DNA from: Saprolegnia diclina VS20
Lineage: Eukaryota
Length of the DNA: 64,000 nucleotides
Direction of reading: 5' to 3'
NCBI RefSeq assembly: GCF_000281045.1
Contig: NW_008246103.1
Location: 212,582 to 276,581 of the forward strand
Below the pieces are notes generated by a model. That model was not told where the DNA came from and made no database searches. It saw nothing but the letters and a program-made list of their open reading frames with translations. A program made the translations under genes and the position numbers. Positions 46,802-57,855 of this stretch are shown here, piece after piece. How positions within the stretch are numbered: position 1 is the first letter of the stretch; each line of letters starts with the position of its first letter.

Positions 46802-47711
46802 GGCCGATGGAAAATCGCAAGTGGCTTGAGGTTGTCAAGGTCGCGTCCGGATACGGTGCGGCGAGGAATATTGCGCTTCAACGGTATACAAAAATCAAGT
46901 GTGGCCACTCCAATATAATGAAACCATACAAGTATCTAGTCATACCTTTTTAAAAATCCGGATAACCTGCCAAGTTGAAGTGGGCCCCTGCAAGGTCGCA
47001 CCGCCCGCCTCCTCGACCGTTCGCCTTCTCCACCGACGACGTTCCTGAGCGACGACAGCCAGCGAGTCGCGACAGGCCACACAGCACCCCAGCAAGCCCA
47101 TCTGAGTAATAGTATCGCACATTCGCCAGGCTCTCGCTTGGCAATTTTTGGGGCTTGTATCAAGGCGGCGGCGCTCCCTAGACAGGCCGTTGAGTACGCC
47201 GACAACTGCGCGAGCGTGACGCCGTGTAGATCGAATGAACACCAAGCATGCAGGCAAAGGCAGGAGCAATGCGTCGTCCGAGAAGTGTTGTTGTAAGCGA
47301 GTTGTGTGGTCACATTCTGGTTCGACGAAATATTGCAATCATGGCATGGAGCCACGAGCAAAAAACTCGATTCGAGTTGGAGTGCTTCCTGTTAGTTGTA
47401 TACGTATCGCGGGCCAACGTAGTAACCCAATACTAGCAAGGCCTAGGTACTACAATAATAGTAATATACGATTGGCTCGGAGCTTATGAGCCTGGGCCAA
47501 AAACCAACACATCGGAGCGCTAGACCTGAGCTACTCCTCCACCGTGTTGTGATTAATTGTGGTAGCTTGGCAATCGATATGATTCGTGCTTCAAGGCTTA
47601 TGCATCGAGGCTTATGACGATGTCCACCAAAAGAGTCGAGGCCGGTACCAGTTGAGTGCACGTCCGATCGATGAGACCAGAACCAAATGTCGTCATGATC
47701 TACGACAGTAT

Positions 47712-50700
47712 CTACTCGAGCAACGGCACAGCAGCCGCGAGGGCGATGGAAGTGTCTGCGGCACTCTTTGTAGGAAGCACAAAAGTCCGCCACGTCTTGA
47801 TGTCGAGCAAGATCATGTGGGCGTGAACACGTAGTGTGAGGAGTCCGTCGAGGGCGGCCGAGGCTCGGTCGAGGTGGTAGGTGTCATGCAGGACCCATTC
47901 TGTCTGCGTAAATTGATACTTGGCACCCGACGAGAGGAAGAGGGACGGCACCTGCGTCCTCGGCGTCGCATGACGACGCACAATGACGTAGCACACACCA
48001 TGGGAGACAACCACAGTCGCCAAGAGCAACACCAGTCGCTCAATGCGGCCAATATAGATTGTGCCGGCGTCACAAACGACCAACGCATCCATTTGGTATA
48101 GCTCACAATGCAAATCGATCGACGCGGCGGGTGTCACGGGCGACACGAGCGTGATCACCGCGACCACGGCGTAGACGAGAAAGCTATTGAGCGTGACATA
48201 GTACGCTGCGTAATCGCCAGTGGCCACCAAAAGAACATCGTTGACGATCGTGATAAGCCACGTCACTTCGTTGGCGGCGAGAAGCGTCTTGTACCACGGA
48301 TCGTAGGTCGTTGCAAAGCCGCTCATAGACCCCGCGTACGTCAGCTCGATCGTCGCAGTCGCAAGCACGCAGAGCGCTGTCATCGCACGGAGCAATAGCA
48401 GCGGACGGCCGACCCATACAATGCCACCGACACGACCCAACTCGGCCATGTTCCAGCCCTCAAACTGTCCGTGGGAAGCGAGCATGTACAGGGTCGCGAG
48501 ACCGGCAATCGCCATCATGACGCACGTGACGTAGAGCACGCCAGACCGAAAGTACTGGGCAATGTTTCTCGGTATCTCGGACGCCTGTGGCGGCTGACTC
48601 AGTGGCGCTTGGACGTCCGTAATGAGCGTGAGTGCGCCGCTATCGCCTTGAAACGTGACCACTTGTCGGATGCCAACGACCCAGTCGTAGAGAAAAAGAT
48701 AAGCGAAAAACGCAAAGCCCGCTTCGTCAACGTCGAGGAGGTTGACCGTCACAAGCTGTAGTGGCGCGCCTGCCGTCGACGCCGCTGTAAACAGCATGAA
48801 CGAGACGTTCATGGCGCGCACAAGGTCGCGCACTTGCAGCACGTTTGGCGCCAAATCCGAGGGGTTCAGATTGGTGTGCACAAACGACGTCGTCGCGTTG
48901 AGATAGACAAGACACGCCGCCAGATACGACGGCTCATGACGGCACACGGCAGTGTAGTTGTCGCTCATAGCGAGCTGCGCGAGAAGCGCACTGACAATGT
49001 ACTGTTGGCGCGTCGGCTGCACTTTGGACACGATGCCCGAGTGCGCCATGCACGTCGCATCGTACGAGAGCAAGTTGACGAGCCCAACGGAGATGAGCTG
49101 CCCCGAACTGAGCTCGGGACAGAGCGGTGAGCTGCCATACGCCGCAAAGCTGGCGGTGATCCACGCACTGGGCACCGGGTACGAGGCGTCGAGGGGCGTG
49201 ATAGCATCATACGCGGCTTTGGCGGCACGGTCAGTTGCGAGCAACGTGCGCGTGCGGTCCGTGATCGTCGCGACAAGGCGCTGCAGTGCCCGCGGTGGCG
49301 CAACGTACAGCATATCGATGGACCCAAAGGGCCCCAATTGCGAGGCAGTCAGCGACAAGCTCCGAGGCAATGGCAGTGGCAAGGACCCGTTGAGCGCATA
49401 CACAGCAGCTAAGCTCGTGTTGGCAAAGGCGTAGTTGGCACTGTGTCGCAGCAGGCTCGAACCGCCGATGCCAGACGTGTTGCGATCGATGGCGTCCAGA
49501 TCGTTGGCGAGTGCCCAGTACATTTTGAACGACGTTTGCATTCCAAGCCGGTACGTTGTCTCTTGCGAAGCGAGCTTGAGCGGGTACGTGACGCCGTATG
49601 CATTTCCAATCGAGTAGCTGCTCTGGACACCAATGCGCTTGTAGTTTTGCCACTGTGTTCTAAAGTGCGTGAGGCCCTGTGCGCGCCAGTAGGCCGCTTC
49701 ATCCTCGACCGAGAGCGACGCGTCAAAGGTGGTGTCGATCCACGTTTGGCCGGCCGACGAACGACGCAAGTCCGCTAGGATTGCCGTCTCCAAACGCTGG
49801 CCCCAGCACGCGTTTAGCGACGCGAGATTTGTATTGCGAAGAACGGATTCGAGGTACACGGCGCCATTCGACCGCATGGTGCGGCAGCGCCACTGCCGCG
49901 CGGCCGAGTTGGCCATCTCCCATCGCGCTTCCAAGTCGAGATAGCAGTACGGCGAAAAGATCCAGGGCGCACTGCAGCCGTTTGAGCGACGAAGACCGCC
50001 AATGGACGCTTCGATCGAATCGAGCAGCGTGTGCTGGAGGTGGGCGCCATAGTTGGCTGGCGACGTCACCACCGTCGACGCTGCAGCAAACGATGTTGGA
50101 AGCGTGACGCGCGGTGCCGTCAACTCGAGCGCGGGCACCGCTGTCGTGCCAAGCATGAGCTGCTCGTTGAGCCAGTTGGCGAAGAAGGCGTGGGCGCCCG
50201 TACTGTTGAAGCTCGCCCAGAACAGATCGTTGGAGAGGTTCACTTGCGAGATGCTGAGATACGAGATCGAGCTCACAATCGAGGATACGACATAGCTGAG
50301 CCCGACAATGCGACGCACAACACGCCATCGAACGGACGGCTTGTCCACGAGCTCGATGAGTGTCGGGGCGGGGCCATCGACGGGTGTGCGTTGGCGCAGC
50401 GTCGGACGTGGCAAGACGACGACCTGCGGCGACGTCGAGAGCGTGTCTCGGACGAGCACCCAGAGCTTGATGTCGAACAGATACTTGAGACCGCGTAGAC
50501 GGAACGGGAGCACTCCGGCAAGGACGCATGCGACATGGTCCATCGCACATTGCTCTGACGACGAGCCGGGGGCCAGCGTCAAGACGGCGTCGGCTAGTCC
50601 ATTTAAGAGCAGTGGTCCCGGCAATATGGGCCGGTGGGGCGAGCAGAGCGTCAGCGCCGTCCACGAAAGCAGGACGCTTCCGACTTGGATCGTAGCGATC

Positions 50701-52985
50701 ACTGCTACGCGCGTCGAACTGCCCATATAGAGGACCCCACTCGTGCACGAGACGGAATAGTCCATGTTGGTGCCGACGCAGTGGCGGTCGAGGACGCCGG
50801 TCACCTGAATCGGAGAGATCAAGTCGAGCAAGAAGAGGACACCCCACGCGAGCGTGCTCGCAAAAAAGCTCGACTCCCGCGTACGTTGCTGCGTGAGAAG
50901 AACCAAAAGATCGTTGAGAACGTACGTGAGCCATGTAGCTTCACCGGCAACGACGGCCGCGACTATACAGTGGCGTGGCGTCGCGACCAAGCGCGATGTG
51001 CCCGCCGCCGACGTCTCGAGCGAGGTATGCACAGAGCTCAGGAGGAGTGTCGCCGAGGCAGCGCGCAAGAAGGTGAGCGGCCGACCGAGCCAAACCGCAC
51101 TCGTGACGCGATTGAACACAAAGAGGTTGGCGCCATGGAAGCCCCGTCGCGCGTAGCATGCATACGCGAGCGCGACACCGCCGACGCTCGTCAAGACGAT
51201 GGACGTGACGACAACGAGGTAGAAGAGAATCTGCGTGGCTGTCTGCAGCTCTTGCGTGCCTGTTGTGTACACCAGCGGCGCTTCGACGTTCGAGATCAAT
51301 GGTACGCTGTCGACGTCGCCTTGGAACGAGAGGACTTCTCGACGCCCCAGCGCCCAGTCGGTGACAAACATCCAGCCGAAAAAAGCAAAGCTCGGCTCCA
51401 GTAGTGGCTGTCGAAGCACGCGCCATGCGCCAGTCGCGGTCGTGGCATATTGCATCAGCCCAACACCAAGGCCAATATCGTGTTGCGCGGCCGGCCAATC
51501 CGCGGTTGCCACGTGTTTGACATAGAGCGCATCGACGCTCTGGAGCGCGGCCCTGCACGTGGGTACCGACAAAGGCGCTGCCGCAGCGCACGCAGTCTCG
51601 ATGGAGAATGCAGTGGCGCTGGCCACGCGTGCCACCAGTAGCGCGAGCGGGTCAAGTACGACTTCGAGCGGTTGGGGCGACGAGCAGTCGTTCGTAAAAT
51701 CAAACGACTGCTGCACGTACGACGTGTTTGGCAACATAACACACAGCGGGCTGCCGCCGTAATAGCTGTGGCCGTGCCATGTCAGTGGCAGCAGTTGAAT
51801 GGGTGTTGTCGGCGGTACCAGAGCAGCTACGTCGTTGGCCGACGCGACGCGAAGCGCGGCGACCGCCGTTAAAAGGGAGTGTGGCACAGCAACATGAAGG
51901 CAATCAATACTCTGAAAAGGGCCAATGAGGGCACGGAATTGAGCGGCTTGAGCGACAAACTGCCCGGGCACCGTCGTGTCACCGTGCATGACCTCGATGT
52001 CGAGAGCCGGCAAGTCCGCCGAGATGTTGGCCAAAAAATAGCGCGACGAGCCTCGAATGAGGCTGCGGTTGAGCACTTGATTTTGCCAGAGGTCGTTGAG
52101 CGGTAGCCAAAAGAGGATCACCGACGTCCATGGCCCGGCGCCTTGCGGGATATCCTTGAGCGTCAGAAGCTGTGGCATCCCCAGTGCGTTCTGCAGGACC
52201 ATGGTCTCGCTCACGCCCGGCCGATACCGGTTCTGCCACTGCAGCTCAAACGAACGCATCGCATGGCGTCGCCAGTAGGCGAGTTCGTCGGCCACCGACG
52301 TGGTCGCGCGCGCCGTCGCGACGCTGGAAAGGAAGGACTGACCGCGACTGGTCTCTTGCAGAGCGAGCTCCAAAGCGACGGTAAATGGGCCGTTCTCACC
52401 GCCCCAGACGGTGACATAGTCGGTCCACACGACATTGCGCAATGTGGCTTCCATGTAGACCGCTGCGTTTGTCCCATACTTGTCTTCGCACCGGCGCTGG
52501 CGTGCTTCCGTGTGGGCGACTTGAAACGTCCTGTTAAAGTCGACCCAGCAATGCTGTACGCACATGCGCATGGACCAGCGCGCGCTGAGAAGACGCAGCT
52601 GCGGCACCGCGTACTCGATCGATTGAAGCTCACTCAAGAGAATGCGCCGCGCGTACGTTGGCGGCACGTTCGTGGTTGCCGTCGGTGACGCGTAGCGCTT
52701 GTGGACAGTCGCATCGGCGGCGTACACATCGAGGGCATTTGCACGGGTGAGCATTAGCTGCGCGTTGATCACGTCGACAAGGAACGCTTCGTGGCGCGTT
52801 GGCGCATACCCCGCCCACCAAAAGTCGTTGGCGAGGCTCGGCGCGAGGAGAGAGAGGTACCAGAGCCCTACGCTGAGCGAAACGAGCACGTACAGCACCC
52901 CGAGAAGCGCAAACGCACGTCGATGCGCAGTCTCTGGCATGAGCGCCTGGGCCACGGACGGTGCGACCGCAGTCCTCGACCGCAT
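47712..52985 (-). CDS. 1757-aa intronless multi-pass membrane protein made of two tandem homologous halves; function unknown
   Basis: Paired motifs NDFWWAGY/NDLFWASF, CWVDF..ARQRRC..NAAVYME/CYLDL..ARQWRC..NGAVYLE, VWLGRPL/VWVGRPL and FDIKLW/LDIKTW. Confidence 0.85.
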   Translation of the reverse strand: MRSRTAVAPSVAQALMPETAHRRAFALLGVLYVLVSLSVGLWYLSLLAPSLANDFWWAGYAPTRHEAFLVDVINAQLMLTRANALDVYAADATVHKRYASPTATTNVPPTYARRILLSELQSIEYAVPQLRLLSARWSMRMCVQHCWVDFNRTFQVAHTEARQRRCEDKYGTNAAVYMEATLRNVVWTDYVTVWGGENGPFTVALELALQETSRGQSFLSSVATARATTSVADELAYWRRHAMRSFELQWQNRYRPGVSETMVLQNALGMPQLLTLKDIPQGAGPWTSVILFWLPLNDLWQNQVLNRSLIRGSSRYFLANISADLPALDIEVMHGDTTVPGQFVAQAAQFRALIGPFQSIDCLHVAVPHSLLTAVAALRVASANDVAALVPPTTPIQLLPLTWHGHSYYGGSPLCVMLPNTSYVQQSFDFTNDCSSPQPLEVVLDPLALLVARVASATAFSIETACAAAAPLSVPTCRAALQSVDALYVKHVATADWPAAQHDIGLGVGLMQYATTATGAWRVLRQPLLEPSFAFFGWMFVTDWALGRREVLSFQGDVDSVPLISNVEAPLVYTTGTQELQTATQILFYLVVVTSIVLTSVGGVALAYACYARRGFHGANLFVFNRVTSAVWLGRPLTFLRAASATLLLSSVHTSLETSAAGTSRLVATPRHCIVAAVVAGEATWLTYVLNDLLVLLTQQRTRESSFFASTLAWGVLFLLDLISPIQVTGVLDRHCVGTNMDYSVSCTSGVLYMGSSTRVAVIATIQVGSVLLSWTALTLCSPHRPILPGPLLLNGLADAVLTLAPGSSSEQCAMDHVACVLAGVLPFRLRGLKYLFDIKLWVLVRDTLSTSPQVVVLPRPTLRQRTPVDGPAPTLIELVDKPSVRWRVVRRIVGLSYVVSSIVSSISYLSISQVNLSNDLFWASFNSTGAHAFFANWLNEQLMLGTTAVPALELTAPRVTLPTSFAAASTVVTSPANYGAHLQHTLLDSIEASIGGLRRSNGCSAPWIFSPYCYLDLEARWEMANSAARQWRCRTMRSNGAVYLESVLRNTNLASLNACWGQRLETAILADLRRSSAGQTWIDTTFDASLSVEDEAAYWRAQGLTHFRTQWQNYKRIGVQSSYSIGNAYGVTYPLKLASQETTYRLGMQTSFKMYWALANDLDAIDRNTSGIGGSSLLRHSANYAFANTSLAAVYALNGSLPLPLPRSLSLTASQLGPFGSIDMLYVAPPRALQRLVATITDRTRTLLATDRAAKAAYDAITPLDASYPVPSAWITASFAAYGSSPLCPELSSGQLISVGLVNLLSYDATCMAHSGIVSKVQPTRQQYIVSALLAQLAMSDNYTAVCRHEPSYLAACLVYLNATTSFVHTNLNPSDLAPNVLQVRDLVRAMNVSFMLFTAASTAGAPLQLVTVNLLDVDEAGFAFFAYLFLYDWVVGIRQVVTFQGDSGALTLITDVQAPLSQPPQASEIPRNIAQYFRSGVLYVTCVMMAIAGLATLYMLASHGQFEGWNMAELGRVGGIVWVGRPLLLLRAMTALCVLATATIELTYAGSMSGFATTYDPWYKTLLAANEVTWLITIVNDVLLVATGDYAAYYVTLNSFLVYAVVAVITLVSPVTPAASIDLHCELYQMDALVVCDAGTIYIGRIERLVLLLATVVVSHGVCYVIVRRHATPRTQVPSLFLSSGAKYQFTQTEWVLHDTYHLDRASAALDGLLTLRVHAHMILLDIKTWRTFVLPTKSAADTSIALAAAVPLLE

Positions 52986-53181
52986 CGACGAGTTCGTTTC
53001 GGTCTTTAGTTTTGTGACGAGACACCCTGCGACACCGACTCGCGAAACGCTTTGTGCACGCAGTTGTTGTGCAAAGTGGCGCGCGATCTTTCGTCTTCAA
53101 CGCCGACCGTCCAGTGACGACCAACCATCCACGCACGATAAGAGTGGAATCTGCATAATTCTTTGCACAGAATTGTCTGCA

Positions 53182-53986
53182 TTATTGTTCTGTACTACGA
53201 GTACTCGTACGTTTTTGAAGCTCCACATAGACGATCCCCGTCTCACCGACCTCTTCGCTCTAGAACTCAAGGTTGTTGCGCCATCACTAGACTGGAAGCG
53301 TACCTCCACAAGTACAAATGGACCTTGGACCTTCTCCAGAAACATCGCCTCCCTAATAGTAGTCAGGACGTAGTGAGGTAAGTGCGTCAACGCATTCGTA
53401 CTTGTCTTCGTCTCGGACGCGATAGGCGAGCAACACGCGCGTCTCGGGGCGCACGACGACAGCCACCAACGTTGCCAGCAGCGCGTCGTGGTAGTCGGCG
53501 TTGAAGATCAAGTCGGCGCCAACGAGGTAGTCCCACGACGTTGAAGGGTATGTCTCGTGGAAGGCGGCGAGCGACGCGGCGTCACCCCTAGAGAAAGAAT
53601 GACATACGAGGCGCGTTCGTGGAGGCAACGATGGCCAACCAAGACAAGTGGTGGGCTGGGATCGGCGGCAAGCCATTGCGCTGAACGTTGTCGCGGAAGA
53701 TGGAAATCGCTTCAATGTCGCCGTCGGTAGCAACGACGTGAGCGCCCTGGGATGCCATCTTGATGGCGAGGAACCCGACCCCCGAGCCGAGCTCGAGCAC
53801 GGTGCGACTTGCGATCGCCATTGTCCGGAGCTTGGCCCAGAGGACGAGCGACGAGTCCCAGAGCGCACCGCCCGTGCTGTTCTCGCCAAGGCCAAAGAAG
53901 TTTTGCGTCAGGAGGACGTCGTCGACCGTGACGCGCCACTGCGCCTTGCGCTCGCAGTTCTCGTCCTTGACCACGTCGTCGGTCAT
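53182..53986 (-). CDS. METTL21-like (Methyltransf_16) protein lysine methyltransferase, multi-exon
   Basis: STGGALWDSS, VLELGSGVG (SAM motif I), VVATD, LVGADLIF. The 3' exons are inferred, with stop at ~53182. Confidence 0.8.
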
Positions 53987-54374
53987 GCTGTCGACTTCAA
54001 CGCGCCAATATCAAGATGGTCCGGCCCGATACACTAAATACACCCAACGTACAGTTCAACAAGGCATTTCCGGCGCAATGGCCACCGGCACGCGGCTTGC
54101 AAACGCCATTCGCGCTACGGCACATGCACTGTCTTGTGCGAGCGCATTCATGGCCAGCGTCCGGTCGACTGTTGCTGCGTCTGCGTCGGCGGTGCGGCAT
54201 GTAAAGTTGCGTGCGTCTGGACAAGCACCAACCAACGCTGGATCCGGATACGGCGGGGAAGTCCCTGCGAGATCGATGAAGCGAGGTGAAGGCGATGGGG
54301 GATTCCCTCGTTCTTCCCGCCACCAAGGACATGTGTCGACAACGCGTACGCGTGACTTGGTCTATTAAATGTAC

Positions 54375-55883
54375 TTAGAGAATCATGCGCAAGGGGTCTT
54401 CGACGAGCTCCTTGAACGACGCAAGCCACTGGGCGCCGGTCGCGCCATCAATGACACGGTGGTCGCAGGCGAGCGTCGCCGTCATCTGCGTCGCAAACTT
54501 GTAGATCTGGGTCGCGTCCGGGTCGTCGTTGGGCACGACGCGCTTCGAGATGACGCCGAGGCCAAGCGAGCACGCCTGGTTGGGGCTCACGATGGCCGCG
54601 AGGGCCTTGACGTCGTACATGCCAACGTTGCTGATCGTAAAGGTACCACCCTCAAAGTCGTCGTCGGCCAAGTCCGAGTGCTCGTTCGTGACCTTCTCGA
54701 CGAGGTCGCGGACATCGGCGTTGAGGCCGTCGAGGCCCTTGAGGTTCGTGTCGCGGAGGACGGGCGCGAGCACGCCGCCGTCGACCGACATCATCATGCT
54801 GATGTTGACGTTGTGGAACTGGCGCACAAAGGTGCCCATCCAGGCCGAGTTGGCCGCCGGGATCTTCTTCATCGTCAGCGCCGCGGCGCGCACGATAAAG
54901 TCGTTGACCGAGAGCTGCTCGGTTTCGCCACGCGTCTTGTTCAAGAGGTCGCGCGCTACAGATGATGTGCATGGGCTTTGCTGGATGACGAAGGATGATG
55001 GAGGAAGCAATGTACCCGAGAGGAGCTTGTCGAGCGTCACGTCGATCGTCAAGTGGTAGTGCGGCACGTCGAGCTTCTGTTGCGTCAACTGCGCCGCGAA
55101 CGCCTGGGCCTTGGCCGAGAGCGGGACGTCGGTAAAGTCACCGTGGACAATCGGGGCCGCGACGGCCGCAACCGGCGCAGCGGCGACAGGCGCCGCGGCC
55201 GCCGGCTGCGACTGGGCGCGGGCAAGCGCCTCTTCAACATCCGCGCGGATGATGCGGCCCAACGGGCCCGAGCCCGAGACGCCGGCGAGGGTCACACCCG
55301 ACTCGCGCGCAATCTTCTTGGCCAACGGGCTAGCTACAATACGGCCAGCAATTGTCGACGGCGCCGGCGTCGCGACAGGAGCAGCAGCAACGGGAGCAGC
55401 GACAGGCGCCGCGGCAACCGGCGCGGCCGCAGCCGGGGCAGGAGCCGCCGGCGCAGCGTTGGCGCCGACCGTAAACGTGGCCAAGGCCGCGACCGAGCTG
55501 GCCTCGTCAACCGTGACAAAGATGGGCTCGCCAACCTACGCATTCCATCAGCATCCCTCGCAAATGTCCCCGCGTCGCGTCGCACATACCTTGATGTCGG
55601 CCGTGCCCTCGGGCTTGAGAATCTTGGCAAGGTACGAGTCGTCCTGGGCCTCAAAGTCAACGACGGCCTTGTCGGTCTCGACCTGGCAAATGACGTCGCC
55701 GGCGCTGATCTTGTCGCCTTCCTTCTTCAACCACGCCGAGATCGTACCCATCTCCATGGTCGGGGACAGGGCCGGGAGGCCGACGACCTCATGGTCGGGC
55801 AGAGAAGAGAAGGCGCGGGCGGCGACGGTGGAGCGGGCGCCGAGCACGCGGCCGCTGCGCTGGAGGATCTGTACCACACGCAT
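54375..55883 (-). CDS. DLAT: Pyruvate dehydrogenase E2, dihydrolipoamide acetyltransferase, mitochondrial (single lipoyl domain; 2 introns)
   Basis: Transit-peptide-like N-terminus, lipoyl domain LPALSPTM...VETDKAVV, E3-binding ASPLAKKIA..GSGPLGRI, catalytic GGTFTISN and CDHRVIDG. Confidence 0.92.
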
Positions 55884-55891
55884 CGTCGATA

Positions 55892-56006
55892 AACAAGGAA
55901 AGTGATTGACTGGATTTGCCGACTGTAAACCTCACCTTGGCTCTTGCGCCCCGTATCCGGACAACCGCCCCTGCATCGGCCGTCCCCATTGCTCAATCCG
56001 GATACG
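55892..56006 (-). promoter_or_regulatory. DLAT upstream region: Inr/FPR-like TCACTTTCCTTGTTT ~20 nt before the ATG plus two TCCGGATACG sites (55952-55961, 55997-56006)
   Basis: Loosely resembles the oomycete initiator consensus (TCAYTY..WTTY). The 10-mer sites are read directly. Confidence 0.45.
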
Positions 56007-56480
56007 CGCCATACAAACTGCAAGCTTTCGTCCTGTTGAAACTCAATGGCGGCTTCAAGAATTGAGTTGCGAATGGACACAGCGCCGCGTCTATAGCCAC
56101 TTGCATAGAGACCTCGATTCATTCGCCGAATAATCCGCGCTCAATTGAGCTTCAGCGGCCGTGCCCGATTGGTGGAAACGGAGATTGCATCATGGTCCGA
56201 CGGCCCATTACACGTCGTTTGAGAAATCCACTGGCGCCGGCGTGGAGGGGGACAGGCAGCACGAGCGTCGCCGCCGCCATGGCCGCGAGCAGCAACAGCA
56301 TTGCTTGTCCTAGTCGCGGTAGCGTATCTCTTGCGATGTGCAGTTGGCATGCAGATTTATGGGCAAGCGCCAAAGGCGAGACGCACCAACCTCGCTACGC
56401 CCGTCGCTAGTACCGGGGCGAAGACGACGCCACATGCCACTCGACATAGACAGGTTGGTGTTGTTGGTGTTGCTATCGAG

Positions 56481-56980
56481 CTAAAAAAGACCCTTGACGC
56501 ACGCCTCGGTTCGCCGGTGCAGGCTCATGCGTTCGCTCTGGAGCTTGACGATCTTCTCCTTGAGCTCCTGCATCCATGCGTAAGATACGTGGTAGGACGT
56601 CGGACGTAAAACCTGGACGACGTCGGCGCCAATGTCCTTGGCCGGCGACGTGGTGAGGTCGAGCATGTCAGATTCGCCCATCTAAATTGTCACGGTGGGC
56701 GCGCGTGGCAGGCAATGTACACATACATACCTTGGTACAGAGGCGGTTGATCATCTCGATGGCCTTGTCCTTGTCGGCTACGACGGGATGCATGAGCATG
56801 GCGACGATCGTCGTCGTGACGTACCATAGACATCGGCCGCGCTGCACTTGTCCGATTCGCTACGTCGCGAGCATGAGCACGAAGGTCACGGCCAGCAGCA
56901 TCCTACATCTTCTCAAAGATGCCATCGACGACCTTCTTGAGCTTGTGGATGTCCTCCTGGAGCTGCGCGATCTGGTCCAT
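56481..56980 (-). CDS. Small multi-exon coiled-coil protein (MDQIAQLQEDIHKLKKVVDGIFEK...ELKEKIVKLQSERMSLHRRTEACVKGLF)
   Basis: Codon-biased helical exons linked by short GT-AG introns; no family recognised with confidence. Confidence 0.55.
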
Positions 56981-57460
56981 CGCTGCCTCGATTGTCCGGA
57001 TACTGTGCCACCTGCTGTATCCGGAGAACCTTTTCTAGAAATAGTGTGACGTCAGGGCAAGATGCGCAATAGTGTGCGACATCCAGCTTGCACCCACATC
57101 CAAGATTCGAACACTATCTTCAACGCACACTATTTGTTCGATCTCGACGCCAACCGCACGCCTATTTGCCGTCCTTGAACGACATGGAAGTTGGCCTTGC
57201 CGAACTACGTATTGCCCAAATACTTTGAAAGGACAAGGCGTTGCAAGTACGGGCGAGGATCGCGACACGATTCTGCAGCGTCTCGTCAATATCGGCACAA
57301 AACAACACTATTTTGTACCTCACGAAACGGTTCGCGCGGCCCGGGGCGCCGAGAAAACGAAAGATACGGGTGCAACTTGCATACAAATTTCAAGTGTGCG
57401 TGGAGCCCCGGGGACGTTTCCGAGATTGCACTTTGCAATAAGCTTCGACTAAGACGGAAC

Positions 57461-57754
57461 ATGGAGACGCAGACGCCCGTGAAGATGCCGAGCGACATTG
57501 ACTCGGCGCCGATCGGCAAGCACCAAGCGCCGACGGTCGCGCCCATCCGGACGCGGTCGCTCTCGATCAACTCGTACGACACGGTGGACACGCCCAAGGC
57601 CATCTCGGACGAGCAGCAGGAAGCGTTCCGCAAGAAGCACGACGTGCACGACGAGGCGCCCAAGGCGCATTCGCCGGCGCACATCGTGTCGGCCGTGAGC
57701 CCGCACAAGCTCGGCCAAAAGGCCATTGTCATGCCCAAGGCCATGCACCTCTAA
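57461..57754 (+). CDS. Small (97 aa) hydrophilic hypothetical protein
   Basis: ATG at 57461 to TAA at 57754 with very strong GC3 bias relative to the AT-richer flanks. Confidence 0.7.
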   Translation: METQTPVKMPSDIDSAPIGKHQAPTVAPIRTRSLSINSYDTVDTPKAISDEQQEAFRKKHDVHDEAPKAHSPAHIVSAVSPHKLGQKAIVMPKAMHL

Positions 57755-57855
57755 CCCTCGTCGTCCTCGCCGTCTGTACACTACACCACGCATTTCGTAC
57801 TACTACCTTTTACAATCCACACGTATTGTCCAACACAGTACAAGTTTATTGTATC

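Noticed and set aside
56152..56373. ORF with a signal-peptide-like stretch (MLLLLAAMAAATLVLP)
   Set aside because: Very short, lies between a gene 3' end and the DLAT promoter, and has no supporting features.
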